From Nitrosomonas sp. (GTDB lineage: Bacteria > Pseudomonadota > Gammaproteobacteria > Burkholderiales > Nitrosomonadaceae): a DNA stretch of 64,000 nt. The notes beneath the pieces were generated by a model. It did not search any database, was not told the origin of the DNA, and saw only the letters and a program-made list of their open reading frames with translations. The number at the start of each line of letters is the position of its first letter. Within the stretch, counting starts at the first letter, position 1. Positions 34,378 to 43,775 of the stretch are shown in pieces. Location of the stretch: assembly GCA_024281675.1 (NCBI GenBank), contig JAMXAG010000008.1, positions 17,737 through 81,736 of the forward strand, in the 5' to 3' direction. The position numbers and the translations under genes are program-made.

Positions 34378-36804
34378 GCGGATATGGTTCTGAAATATAG
34401 GCTTGGCTTAGACGTAGGCACTGCATCAGTTGGTGCTGCGGCGGTATCTCTAGATAAAGATGGGCAACCGGATACACTGATCTGGCATCACGTGCGAATT
34501 TTCAATGAACCGTTAGAGAATGCACAAGGCACACTGGTTTCGAAGAAATCTGGACGGCGAAAAGCGCGGATGCAGCGTCGCCAGATTGACCGCCGTGCTT
34601 CACGCTTGCGGCGCATTGCAAATCTCGCCAGTTTGCTCGGACTAAAACGCGAAGAAATCGCACCCGATAATGGCAGCACTCTACCCTATCTGCGCGCTCA
34701 AGCTGCAACCGAGCACGTCGAGCTTGATGATTTATTGCGCATCTTCCTACGGCTATCCAAACGACGCGGGTACAAGGGTGAATTCAAAGCCAAGAAAAAA
34801 GGCGAGGTCGCAGAAGGTTCCAGCGAACTCAGCCTTGCCATGAGAACCCTTGCTACAGAATGCGCCATTTTGTTCAAGGATGAAAACGATACTGGCATCA
34901 CCATTGGGCAATATTTGCTGCATCGCATGGAAAGTGGCTTACCAACCAAGCTCAAAGTAAAAGAAATCAGCGATGAACCTAAGAATAAAAAAAATGAGGG
35001 CGCGAACACACCAAAGAATTTATACGCACTTCGCAAAATGATCGAGTATGAATTCAACACCATCTGGGATACGCAAGCCAAACATCATGACATCCTCAAC
35101 GGAACTCACGAAGACAAGCCGATACGCGAACACTTCCATGAAGCGCTGTTCTACCAGCGCCCGCTAAAATCGGCTACCGACTTGGTTGCGCGATGCGAGC
35201 TTGAACCAACGCTATCACGTGCACCACGTGCGCAAATGGCCTTTCAACGCTTTCGCATTGAAAAGACGCTGGCAGATTTACGTTGGGGCGCTGGTAAACG
35301 CGCCGAACCAATCACATCGCATCAAAAGCAAGTCATCAGAAACTTGCTTGACCACAATGACAAAGTGAAATTCGATGACATCTATGAAGCGCTAGAAAAT
35401 GCAGATTGTGTAAAACCACAAGGCAAAGGACTAAACCTTGACCGTGCCAGTCGCGAAGAGCTGCTTGGGAACAGTACGCTGGCAGCACTACGCAAACTGG
35501 ATAAACATAGTACAAAAAATCATCCAGAACGCGCTGCCAATCTTGAACAAGCCTTCTGTGCTCTGGATGAAAAAACACAAATCGCTGTCATCAATTTTCT
35601 GGCAGAACTCGGCTCACCTGAACAGCTAGATGATCCAGAGTGGCATACCAGCTTCGTCAAGCGCGATGGCAAGCCGCGCCAATTCAGCGAGCCTTTGATC
35701 GTCTTCATCAACTGTATTAAGGAACACGATAATTTCGACCGGTTAAGCAAAATGGATTTCGATGGTGGGCGAGCTTCTTATTCCGTCAAAGCCTTAAACA
35801 ATCTTGCTGACTGGCTAGAAGAGCCAAACTGGCCGGGCGATTGGCAAGACGATATGAAACGCATGGATGAAGAAGCTGCCATTCGCGTGTGTTACCCGAA
35901 ATCGCTTAACTGCGAAATCAAACGCATGGAGAAACTGCCCGTACCTGAATCTACCGGTAATGCTGTGGTGGATGGTTCGCTTCGTCAGATCCGCTGGACA
36001 GTGAACAAGATGATTGATGAACTTGGCGCTCCACCTAATGAGATCGTGGTGGAAATGGCACGCGAGATGAGCTTAGGCATCAGCCGCCGCAATGAGCGCG
36101 AAAGTGATAACAGCGCACAACAACGTGCGCGCAAACATGCTGAAAGTGTAATCCGAAATTCCGGTGGAGTACCAACACCATCCAAGATTCGTCGTTATCT
36201 TTTGCTACAAGAACAGGATACTCATTGCCCTTATTGCGAAAACAAAATTGGGTTGCCGGATGCTCTATCTGGCGCAACGGAATATGAACACATTATTCCG
36301 AAATCGCTTACGCAAGTTGGCATGAAGCGTTCTGAAATTGTGTTGGCGCATCACGCCTGCAATCAGGAGAAAGATGATCGCACGCCATGGGAAGCATGGG
36401 GGAACAGCCCGCGTTGGGTGCATATTGAGAAGGCAGCAGAGCGCTTTGAGAAGAAAAAACAATTTCGCAAAGCCAAGCTGCTACGCCTTAAAGACTTTGA
36501 GCGTGAAGTATTGACCGATGAATCTGTGAGTGGTTTTGCAGACCGTCAGTTTCATCAAACCTCATGGATAGCAAAAGAAGCTGCACAATGGCTGGAATGC
36601 CTATGCCCTCATAAAGTTTCTGTTTCGCGTGGTGAACTAACATCCATGCTACGCCGCAGTTGGAAACTGGAAACCGTAATCCCAGAGGTTCGCATCGAAA
36701 ACAGCCTGCCCCTGCTGGATACCGAAGGAAAGCTGATTGAGCAAAATGATTTTGACAGACTCAAGAAATACTGAGGTATGTTGTCAAAAATGGAGTCCAT
36801 AGGT

Positions 36805-37710
36805 TTAAGCAGCGAGTAGATTTGCATAGTACTGCTGCGAAAATTGTGCAGGCGATAAATAACCTAATTTTTCTTGCTTGCGCTGTCGGTTATAGAATAT
36901 TTCGATATATTCGGTAATCTCCTGAATGGCTTGTTGCCGTGTTTTGAATCTCCGATGATGCACCAGTTCGGTTTTAAGTATCCCCCAGAAGCTTTCCATC
37001 GGCGCATTATCATAGCAGTCGCCCTTGCGGCTCATGGAGGCGATCATGCCAAATTGTTGCAATAAATTCCGGTAATCGTGTGCACAGTATTGACTACCTT
37101 GATCTGAATGAGCAATGAGCCCCTTATCCGGATGTTTATTTGCAGTTGCGCGAAATAATGCCTGTATAACCAGGCTCTTTGTCATTTTCTCATTCATGGC
37201 ATAGCCCACCAGTTCGCCATTAAATAGATCTTTTATTCCAGCCAAGTACAACCAGCCCTCATCTGTAGGAATATAAGTGATGTCACTGACCCACACTTTA
37301 CCAGGTGCATTAACAGAAAATTCCCGTTTCAGAATATTGGGCGCAACCGGTAAATTATGTTTAGAATCGGTCGTCACCTTGAATTTTAGCTTTTGCTTAC
37401 AACGCAAACCCAATTTCCTGCGCAATGTTCGAACACGGTATGGTGTGGCTTGTACTCCGTGATCCGCCAAATCATGATGCAAGCGCTTTGCACTGTAGGT
37501 CTCTCGTGTACGTTGGTGTGCGGCCAGTATTTCTATTTCCAGCCTTCTATTCTCCCGCTTACGTTTACAAAGCGGGCGCGTTCTTTGAGCATGAAAGCCG
37601 CTCTCGGAAACATTCAATACTCGACACATGAGCCCAATCGAATAGCTTCGTCGCATCGATTCAATCAAACCGTATCTCACCGCGACTCCTTGGCGAAATA
37701 CGTCGCACAC
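36805..37710 (-). CDS. IS3 transposase OrfB (DDE integrase core)
   Basis: WVSDITYI, HSDQGSQY, SRKGDCYDNAPMESFW, YIEIFYNRQR. Confidence 0.93.
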   Translation of the reverse strand: MCDVFRQGVAVRYGLIESMRRSYSIGLMCRVLNVSESGFHAQRTRPLCKRKRENRRLEIEILAAHQRTRETYSAKRLHHDLADHGVQATPYRVRTLRRKLGLRCKQKLKFKVTTDSKHNLPVAPNILKREFSVNAPGKVWVSDITYIPTDEGWLYLAGIKDLFNGELVGYAMNEKMTKSLVIQALFRATANKHPDKGLIAHSDQGSQYCAHDYRNLLQQFGMIASMSRKGDCYDNAPMESFWGILKTELVHHRRFKTRQQAIQEITEYIEIFYNRQRKQEKLGYLSPAQFSQQYYANLLAA

Positions 37711-37976
37711 TTTTTTATAAAATCACGCTCCATCTTCACTTCTGCTAATTCACGTTTAACTCTGGATAGCTCTAACTCAAGTTCAGTCAGCGGCTTATGA
37801 TGCTTGCCTACTGTAATGAGTTCTCCTCGTTTGTCAGCATAAACCCAATTCTTTAGTGTCCCCTGGGGTAACGACAGCCGTTTTGCTGCTTCAACCAGAG
37901 TCAATCCGCTTTCTTTGAAAAATTTAACTGATTCCTTCCGAAATTCCTGACTATATTGTGTGCGGGGTAATTCCAT
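37677..37976 (-). CDS. IS3 transposase OrfA (HTH)
   Basis: YSQEFRKESVK...AAKRLSLPQGTLKNW...LKRELAEVKMERDFIKK; -1 overlap with OrfB. Confidence 0.9.
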   Translation of the reverse strand: MELPRTQYSQEFRKESVKFFKESGLTLVEAAKRLSLPQGTLKNWVYADKRGELITVGKHHKPLTELELELSRVKRELAEVKMERDFIKKCATYFAKESR

Positions 37977-39063
37977 TTTCATCCTCCATTTCATGTCTTC
38001 ATTTTATGAAACTTCGGACTCCTTGAAAATCAGCATACCTCATACCTTGAAGGACATCCGGTCAGGAGTGAAGACCGCAAAGCAAACCCCGACTTCGATT
38101 TCAACCGTCGCCCAGACAAACGTCTCGATCATCGCCATCACCTGATTGATGCGATTACACTGGCATTGACCTCGCGCAGTTTGTTTCAGCAAATGGCGAA
38201 GAAATACAAAACTGCCGCCGAAAAGATGCAAACGTGTGAGGGAGAAACACAGGAAGAACGCGAACGCCGCATCAAGAATGAAACACGGCTGCGACTTGAA
38301 GTGCCTGAACCGCCTTTTCGCAATGTGCGTGCTGCTGCACTTGATGCCATGCGCGAGTGCAATATTTCTATAAAACCGGATCGCTACCCTGATGGTGCAC
38401 TGTTCAAGGATACAGCCTACGGAATAGCGCAGCGAGATGGTGAAGACAGGTTACGACTTACTCTACGCCAGCCCGTCGCTGGATTGGGCAAGGTTCAAGG
38501 AAAAACAAATTTAGAGGCCGCGCGTAAAGCCATTGCAAAAATCATCAGCAATGACGTGCAGTGTATTGTTACCGACACATTTGAGGATCGCATTGCTAGG
38601 GGCATGGAAGCTGGAGATGCACTTGCTTTGCCTATCCGGCATCCGCTCTATGATAAACCAATTCGCAAAGTGCGTTGCTTTGAAACCTATGCAGAAGATG
38701 CACAACCCATTGGCTTCAACAGCCGCCGCGGTGAGCACCGCAAATATCTTATCAATGCAGGGTATGCCTATTTGGAGCTTTACACCGACAGATCAAGAGA
38801 ACCCCGACTTGTGAAAATCCGTGATGCGATGCGAAAAAAAGGAACGCCTACTCCCCAAAATGCAAAGTGGATTTACAAAGGAGATGTTGTAAAGGATTCT
38901 AAAGATAATAAACTCTATCGAGTGGGCTACTTCAAGTCTGAAGGAGTTATTGCTCTCATTCCAATTTTCGACCCACGCTCATTCGACAAAATTTCAGAAA
39001 GTAATGCTGGAAAGAAAAAAATTGCGTTTACTCAAGCTGCAAAACGTTTAACACTGATTAACG

Positions 39064-40011
39064 ATGTCTGAACAGCGCATCCTCGTCATCGAAAATCCCG
39101 CCCACCTGCGCATAGACACGGGGCGGTTGAAAATTGAGCGTGACGGTTTTGACCATGTATTTGTCTCGCCTGATGATGTGGCAGTACTTTGCCTCGAACA
39201 CCACACAGTCACACTCTCAGTCGCCGTCTTGCGTGCACTTGCCGAAGCCGGAGCAGCAGTGATGGTCACCGATACGCGACACATGCCTTGCGCCATGCAG
39301 ATTCCGCTCGCCGCCACAGGCTTGGATGCGGGTAGGCTGCGTCAGCAAATTGCACTGGATACCAGCGAGAAACGTGGCGAGTTATGGCAACAATTGATCT
39401 CCACAAAGTTATCTATGCAGGCTCACGCCTTGCGCGGGCTGCAACGTAAGGGAGCATTGCGCCTGGAGCGTCTCGCAGCACAAGTGCAACATAACGACAA
39501 AAGCAACGCGGAAGGTCAAGGTGCAAAACACTATTGGAATAACCTGTTCCCAGAGACTTTTAAGCGCAGCAAGGAAGGTGCAGAAGACCCACTGAACGTT
39601 CGCCTCAACTATGGCTATGCTGTGCTGCGCGCCATGATTGCCCGCTCGTTGGTTTCAGCCGGACTCAATGGCACATTGGGCTTGGGACATCGCAATGCGG
39701 GCAATGCATTCAACTTGGCGGACGACTTCATTGAGCCGTATCGCTTTCTGGTGGATGTGCATCTGGCTGATGATGCCGATACCTGGAGTGAAGCGCCAGA
39801 ATTTGACAGCCGCGCCAAGCGCTATTTGCTTGGATTCGTCAAACGTCCTGTGCGCATGGCGGGGCAGGATATGCGGCTGCACGCCGCAATTGATACGAGT
39901 ATCGTCAGCTTCGTGCGTATTCTTGAAGGCAAAGGCAAAAAGCTGGTGCTTCCCGAAGGACTGGTTATTGATAGGGATAATAAGGAATGGCAATCAACGG
40001 ATGGCGCGTAA
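39064..40011 (+). CDS. cas1: Type II CRISPR-associated endonuclease Cas1
   Basis: EGQGAKHYW, NVRLNYGYAVLRA, LGLGHRN, NLADDFIEPYR; overlaps the cas9 stop. Confidence 0.95.
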   Translation: MSEQRILVIENPAHLRIDTGRLKIERDGFDHVFVSPDDVAVLCLEHHTVTLSVAVLRALAEAGAAVMVTDTRHMPCAMQIPLAATGLDAGRLRQQIALDTSEKRGELWQQLISTKLSMQAHALRGLQRKGALRLERLAAQVQHNDKSNAEGQGAKHYWNNLFPETFKRSKEGAEDPLNVRLNYGYAVLRAMIARSLVSAGLNGTLGLGHRNAGNAFNLADDFIEPYRFLVDVHLADDADTWSEAPEFDSRAKRYLLGFVKRPVRMAGQDMRLHAAIDTSIVSFVRILEGKGKKLVLPEGLVIDRDNKEWQSTDGA

Positions 40012-40319
40012 TGTGGGTGATTGCAGTTTATGATTGCCCGATGATAGAACGTGAGGAACGGCGCGATTACACGCTGTTCCGCAAAAGCCTGTTGCAAGAA
40101 AATTTCTTCCAGTTGCAAAACTCGCTCTATGTGCGCCACTTCCCTACCATGGCGGTTGCCGAAGCCACGATACAGCGCATCCGTTTAGGCATCCCAGCAG
40201 GTGCACAAGTGGCATTTTTCCTCGTAACTGATAAACAGTACGCGATGACTAGAGAGTTTTTTGGTAATCGACCCACAAAGAAAAAGCCCAATTTGCCAGA
40301 GCAAATCGAGCTTTTTTAA
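39987..40319 (+). CDS. cas2: CRISPR-associated Cas2
   Basis: MWVIAVYDCP...FRKSLLQENFFQLQNSLYVR...VTDKQY; no csn2 or cas4 follows, so type II-C. Confidence 0.93.
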   Translation: MAINGWRVMWVIAVYDCPMIEREERRDYTLFRKSLLQENFFQLQNSLYVRHFPTMAVAEATIQRIRLGIPAGAQVAFFLVTDKQYAMTREFFGNRPTKKKPNLPEQIELF

Positions 40320-40358
40320 AATTATTTAATTTTAAAAACAACTGACTATATACAATCT

Positions 40359-41516
40359 AGTTTATCAGGTATTCCGATGGTGGGGTGTCGGAACTCGTTG
40401 AGTATTATGAAGCCACACATTGGTAGTTTATCAGGTATTCCGATGGTGGGGTGTCGGAACAAATAATCCTGCCTATATGAAAAATGTTTAAGTTTATCAG
40501 GTATTCCGATGGTGGGGTGTCGGAACGAAAAAATGCGCCGATATCACCAACTCTAAAGTTTATCAGGTATTCCGATGGTGGGGTGTCGGAACAATAGCCG
40601 ATAAGGTAATACCGGCTATTGAAGTTTATCAGGTATTCCGATGGTGGGGTGTCGGAACATGAATCGAGAGATGAAGCGGTATGCTGGAAGTTTATCAGGT
40701 ATTCCGATGGTGGGGTGTCGGAACCTGTCTTTCGCTGTTATTTCAATCCGTGTTAGTTTATCAGGTATTCCGATGGTGGGGTGTCGGAACGAATAACAAT
40801 TGGTATGTCTGCACCCTCAGAGTTTATCAGGTATTCCGATGGTGGGGTGTCGGAACGCGAGCGTGATGTTAGCTACGGCATCGCCGAGTTTATCAGGTAT
40901 TCCGATGGTGGGGTGTCGGAACATTTAAACCCCCATGAGTCTGAGTGAAAATAGTTTATCAGGTATTCCGATGGTGGGGTGTCGGAACCTGTAACCCTAG
41001 ATGGTAAAAGTGTATCTTAGTTTATCAGGTATTCCGATGGTGGGGTGTCGGAACGTAGAGGGTGAGGTAGAACTACAGGAAAATAGTTTATCAGGTATTC
41101 CGATGGTGGGGTGTCGGAACTACCTTCGCAAGCATCCTTTTTGTTCTCATAGTTTATCAGGTATTCCGATGGTGGGGTGTCGGAACCACTAACTGTAGCT
41201 GACTCAGGCGACGTGTAGTTTATCAGGTATTCCGATGGTGGGGTGTCGGAACACACATTATTGGCTACTCTTAAACTTGAAGAGTTTATCAGGTATTCCG
41301 ATGGTGGGGTGTCGGAACATAGTTTCGTGCGTTTCAACCGCTTGAATCAGTTTATCAGGTATTCCGATGGTGGGGTGTCGGAACACCAAGCTATGACTGG
41401 TCATGCCCGGTGAGAGTTTATCAGGTATTCCGATGGTGGGGTGTCGGAACCATCGCTAGCCGTTAAATCCTCCTCCTCGAAGTTTATCAGGTATTCCGAT
41501 GGTGGGGTGTCGGAAC
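40359..41516 (-). CRISPR. CRISPR array: 18 identical 36-bp repeats, 17 spacers of 30 bp
   Basis: Plus-strand repeat agtttatcaggtattccgatggtggggtgtcggaac with an exact 66-bp period. Predicted sense strand is minus (GTTCCGAC...TGATAAACT), from tracrRNA pairing and the embedded extended -10. Confidence 0.99.
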
Positions 41517-41756
41517 AATACCGTCGATGGAATAAATAGCCGTTCGCAGCGCTCGGAATTAATAGTGAGAGATTTCTAGAGGTTCCAGATTTTATCGGAA
41601 AGATGAAGTACCAAATAAAGAAAGCGCAAATTAGTACCAAATAGGGCGATTTGTTATAGAGATTACTTATCTTTTTCGTATGTTCAGTCTATTATCTACA
41701 TTATGCCTACATCTAAATGTTATAAGATTATTATCTTATGCAACCTATAGATTCTA

Positions 41757-41802
41757 TGGTGCTGTTGGGCAGAATCGAACTGCTGACCTACAGATTATGA
41801 AT
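41757..41802 (-). other. att site 2: degenerate tRNA 3' fragment related to att1
   Basis: Reverse complement ATTCATAATCTGTAGGTCAGCAGTTCGATTCTGCCCAACAGCACCA; followed by a copy of the TGTCTACAT arm repeat at 41868. Confidence 0.75.
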
Positions 41803-41931
41803 TTGACTGACTTAATAGTCAATTTCTAAACCCCAGATTTGTTTATCCGTATTTTATTTTGATCTGCTGTCTACATTGCGTCTGCATGAATAATTATTAT
41901 TTGTCAATCAATGCATAACTTATTGTTTTTA

Positions 41932-41977
41932 TGGTGCCGACACCAAGAATCGAACTCGGGACCTTCTGATTACAAAA
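41932..41977 (-). other. att site 3: 3' half of a tRNA-Thr(TGT)-like gene
   Basis: Reverse complement TTTTGTAATCAGAAGGTCCCGAGTTCGATTCTTGGTGTCGGCACCA; intact T-arm and CCA; no 5' half. Confidence 0.75.
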
Positions 41978-42004
41978 CTTATTTACAAATTACAATTACT
42001 TATA

Positions 42005-42017
42005 AATCAATAACTTA
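42005..42017 (+). promoter_or_regulatory. IHF-consensus site beside att3
   Basis: AATCAA-TAAC-TTA matches WATCAANNNNTTR. Confidence 0.5.
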
Positions 42018-42175
42018 CAATGCTTGCCAAGCATAAAAACTGTCTCACACAACCACAAACGGTGACACTTGCAGAGTAGTTTGGCACAAATTTGACACAG
42101 TCAATTCCGTATCTTATTTCGTTCTCGCATAACGATGTTCCTTTGATAACTGCCATTAACACAAAATACCTAAGA

Positions 42176-42595
42176 TTATTCTTCCCAAGGATTGATGACG
42201 AGCACTCCGGCAGCGATAAAAGGTGCAGTATCTCGCGTCGCTATGGTGAATCTATGTATGACCGCGATTGCGGCAATCTGACCGTCTGCCACAGAGATGA
42301 GGCGACCGTTAGTCCTAGCTCGACCGACTACGGAGGCATATGCTATCGCAGCCTGTTGGTCGAATGATAGTATGCGCGACCCAAAAAGCCTCTCCATCAG
42401 TTTCCTCAATGCGATATCAAGTCCTTCTTTACGCTTGCCATCTGGCAGGATTTCAATGCCGACCAGCAATTCGGAAAGGCTTGTTGCTGTCAGATACAGT
42501 GTCTCTGCCGTCTGCCGATCAAGCCAAGCTTGAACAGCGGGATTGCCATTGAGTTTCATTGGCTCGGATATGACATTCGTATCCAGAACGATCAT
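42176..42595 (-). CDS. vapC: VapC/FitB PIN-domain toxin
   Basis: MIVLDTNVISE, ELLVG, ADGQIAAIA, TRDTAPF. Confidence 0.93.
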   Translation of the reverse strand: MIVLDTNVISEPMKLNGNPAVQAWLDRQTAETLYLTATSLSELLVGIEILPDGKRKEGLDIALRKLMERLFGSRILSFDQQAAIAYASVVGRARTNGRLISVADGQIAAIAVIHRFTIATRDTAPFIAAGVLVINPWEE

Positions 42596-42831
42596 TCGAA
42601 CACTGCCGGATCAGTCGGCGTCTGATCACGAATGTCATTAAAATCAAGCCCTCCAAAGGACTGCCCAAAAGCAGCGAGTTCTGATCCGATTTTGACACGC
42701 ATCCTAGGACGCACTGCCTCTTCCAGAATTTCCCGGATTTCAGCTTCGGTGCTACGTCCATGTTGAGCAGCACGCAGCTTAAGCGCGCGATGCGTTTCTT
42801 CGGGCAAATTGCGAACAGTAACAACAGACAT
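42592..42831 (-). CDS. FitA-like ribbon-helix-helix antitoxin
   Basis: VTVRNLPEETHRALKLRAAQHGRSTEAEIREIL; 4-bp overlap with vapC. Confidence 0.9.
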   Translation of the reverse strand: MSVVTVRNLPEETHRALKLRAAQHGRSTEAEIREILEEAVRPRMRVKIGSELAAFGQSFGGLDFNDIRDQTPTDPAVFE

Positions 42832-43667
42832 CTGACTTCACTCCTTATTATATGAAATCAATGATAGCATATATTAAAAAATGACATCAATTTTGTGTAC
42901 TCATACGATATTGAGAGAATTAATAATCAATACATTGCCAAAACAATTCAGTATCGCAGGTTAGATAAACAATAAAGCATTACTTTCATTAATCTTTCCA
43001 ATCTTTACAGGTCGACTACAATCTTCACAATATTTTCTTCCACTTCCAATCGCCCTCTTTACAACCCTAAGATTTCTTACATATCAATTGATTATATTTT
43101 TGTGATGCAAATAGGCGGTTATCGCGGCTTTAGTAACAATTCCCTCAGAATTTCACAGTACTTAAGCGAAACTGTTAAGGGTTTTCGCTAGTTTCATTTA
43201 TCCAATATACTATACTGAGTAGATTTTAGTTAATTTTCTATACCGCCTATTAAAGTATCTCTGAAAGGATACTTTTCTTCATTCTTTGGAATGATACTAA
43301 CAACGCCAGCTGTTTAAAACAGTTGTTGTATTTTATATACTCTCATCCGTATGATCGAATCTTGAATACTCAATCAATAGTTTTCTTCAGACAAACAAGA
43401 TGATACAAACTATAGTACCGAGGATACATTTCATGTGTTTATGTACTTGTGGTTTCCATATTACGGATTTCGAATAAGTATTATCACAGTGCTTGTTAAC
43501 GTAAAACAAATTGCTCGACTTATGTAACTGTGTTGAATTTGCATGCAGCAATAACAAGCGCATTTACAGTGGTACCATAAAAACACGTATACTCCCCCGC
43601 AACAGTGAACATTATGTGTACCAGCGTTTTTACCCAACAGAATGTTCAGTCTGGCATGCTAGTGCCT

Positions 43668-43700
43668 ATCACAATCACAATCACAATCACAATCACAATC
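43668..43700 (+). repeat. (ATCACA)5.5 microsatellite
   Basis: Direct reading of the sequence, 75 bp upstream of the MscK start. Confidence 0.9.
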
Positions 43701-43775
43701 TAAGTCAAAAGAGAAAATGAAATATTTTGGGAAACATTTCATTTATTCAACAACTTTTCACGGCTCTATGCATTC

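Larger units (their letters stand above)
36772..38042 (-). mobile_element. IS3-family insertion sequence, 1271 bp, 3-bp TSD (TAC)
   Basis: Terminal IRs tgaggtatg...ggagtcc at both ends; TAC at 36769-36771 and 38043-38045; A6G slippery site at 37710-37716. Confidence 0.95.
34384..39071 (+). pseudogene. cas9: Type II-C Cas9 interrupted by IS3 (1137 aa if the IS and one TAC are removed)
   Basis: RuvC-I LGLDVGTAS, Arg-rich bridge helix, RuvC-II VVEMARE and HNH EYEHIIPKS...CNQEK in the 796-aa N-part. After the IS, the same frame resumes LEGHP...DHRHHLIDA (RuvC-III) to the stop at 39071. Confidence 0.95.
28722..41802. mobile_element. Integrative satellite-like element (int, TA, xis, RCR Rep) carrying type II-C CRISPR-Cas
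   Basis: Bounded by related tRNA 3' fragments (28722-28767 and 41757-41802, 37/46 identical by eye); contains int, xis and rep; no structural or conjugation genes. Confidence 0.65.

Noticed and set aside
38166-39071. 301-aa ORF as an independent gene
   Set aside because: It is the in-frame C-terminal part of the IS-split cas9
41517-41600. Degenerate 19th CRISPR repeat
   Set aside because: The sequence at the expected position (41547) does not resemble the repeat
40681-41640. ORFs with periodic peptides (YQVFRWWGVGT, SDTPPSEYLIN)
   Set aside because: Translations of the CRISPR repeats, not genes
28722-41977. Functional tRNA genes at 28722, 41757 and 41932
   Set aside because: Only anticodon-loop-to-CCA halves are present; no D-arm or 5' acceptor strand
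42840-43500. Possible defence gene after vapBC
   Set aside because: No sustained ORF or recognisable motif
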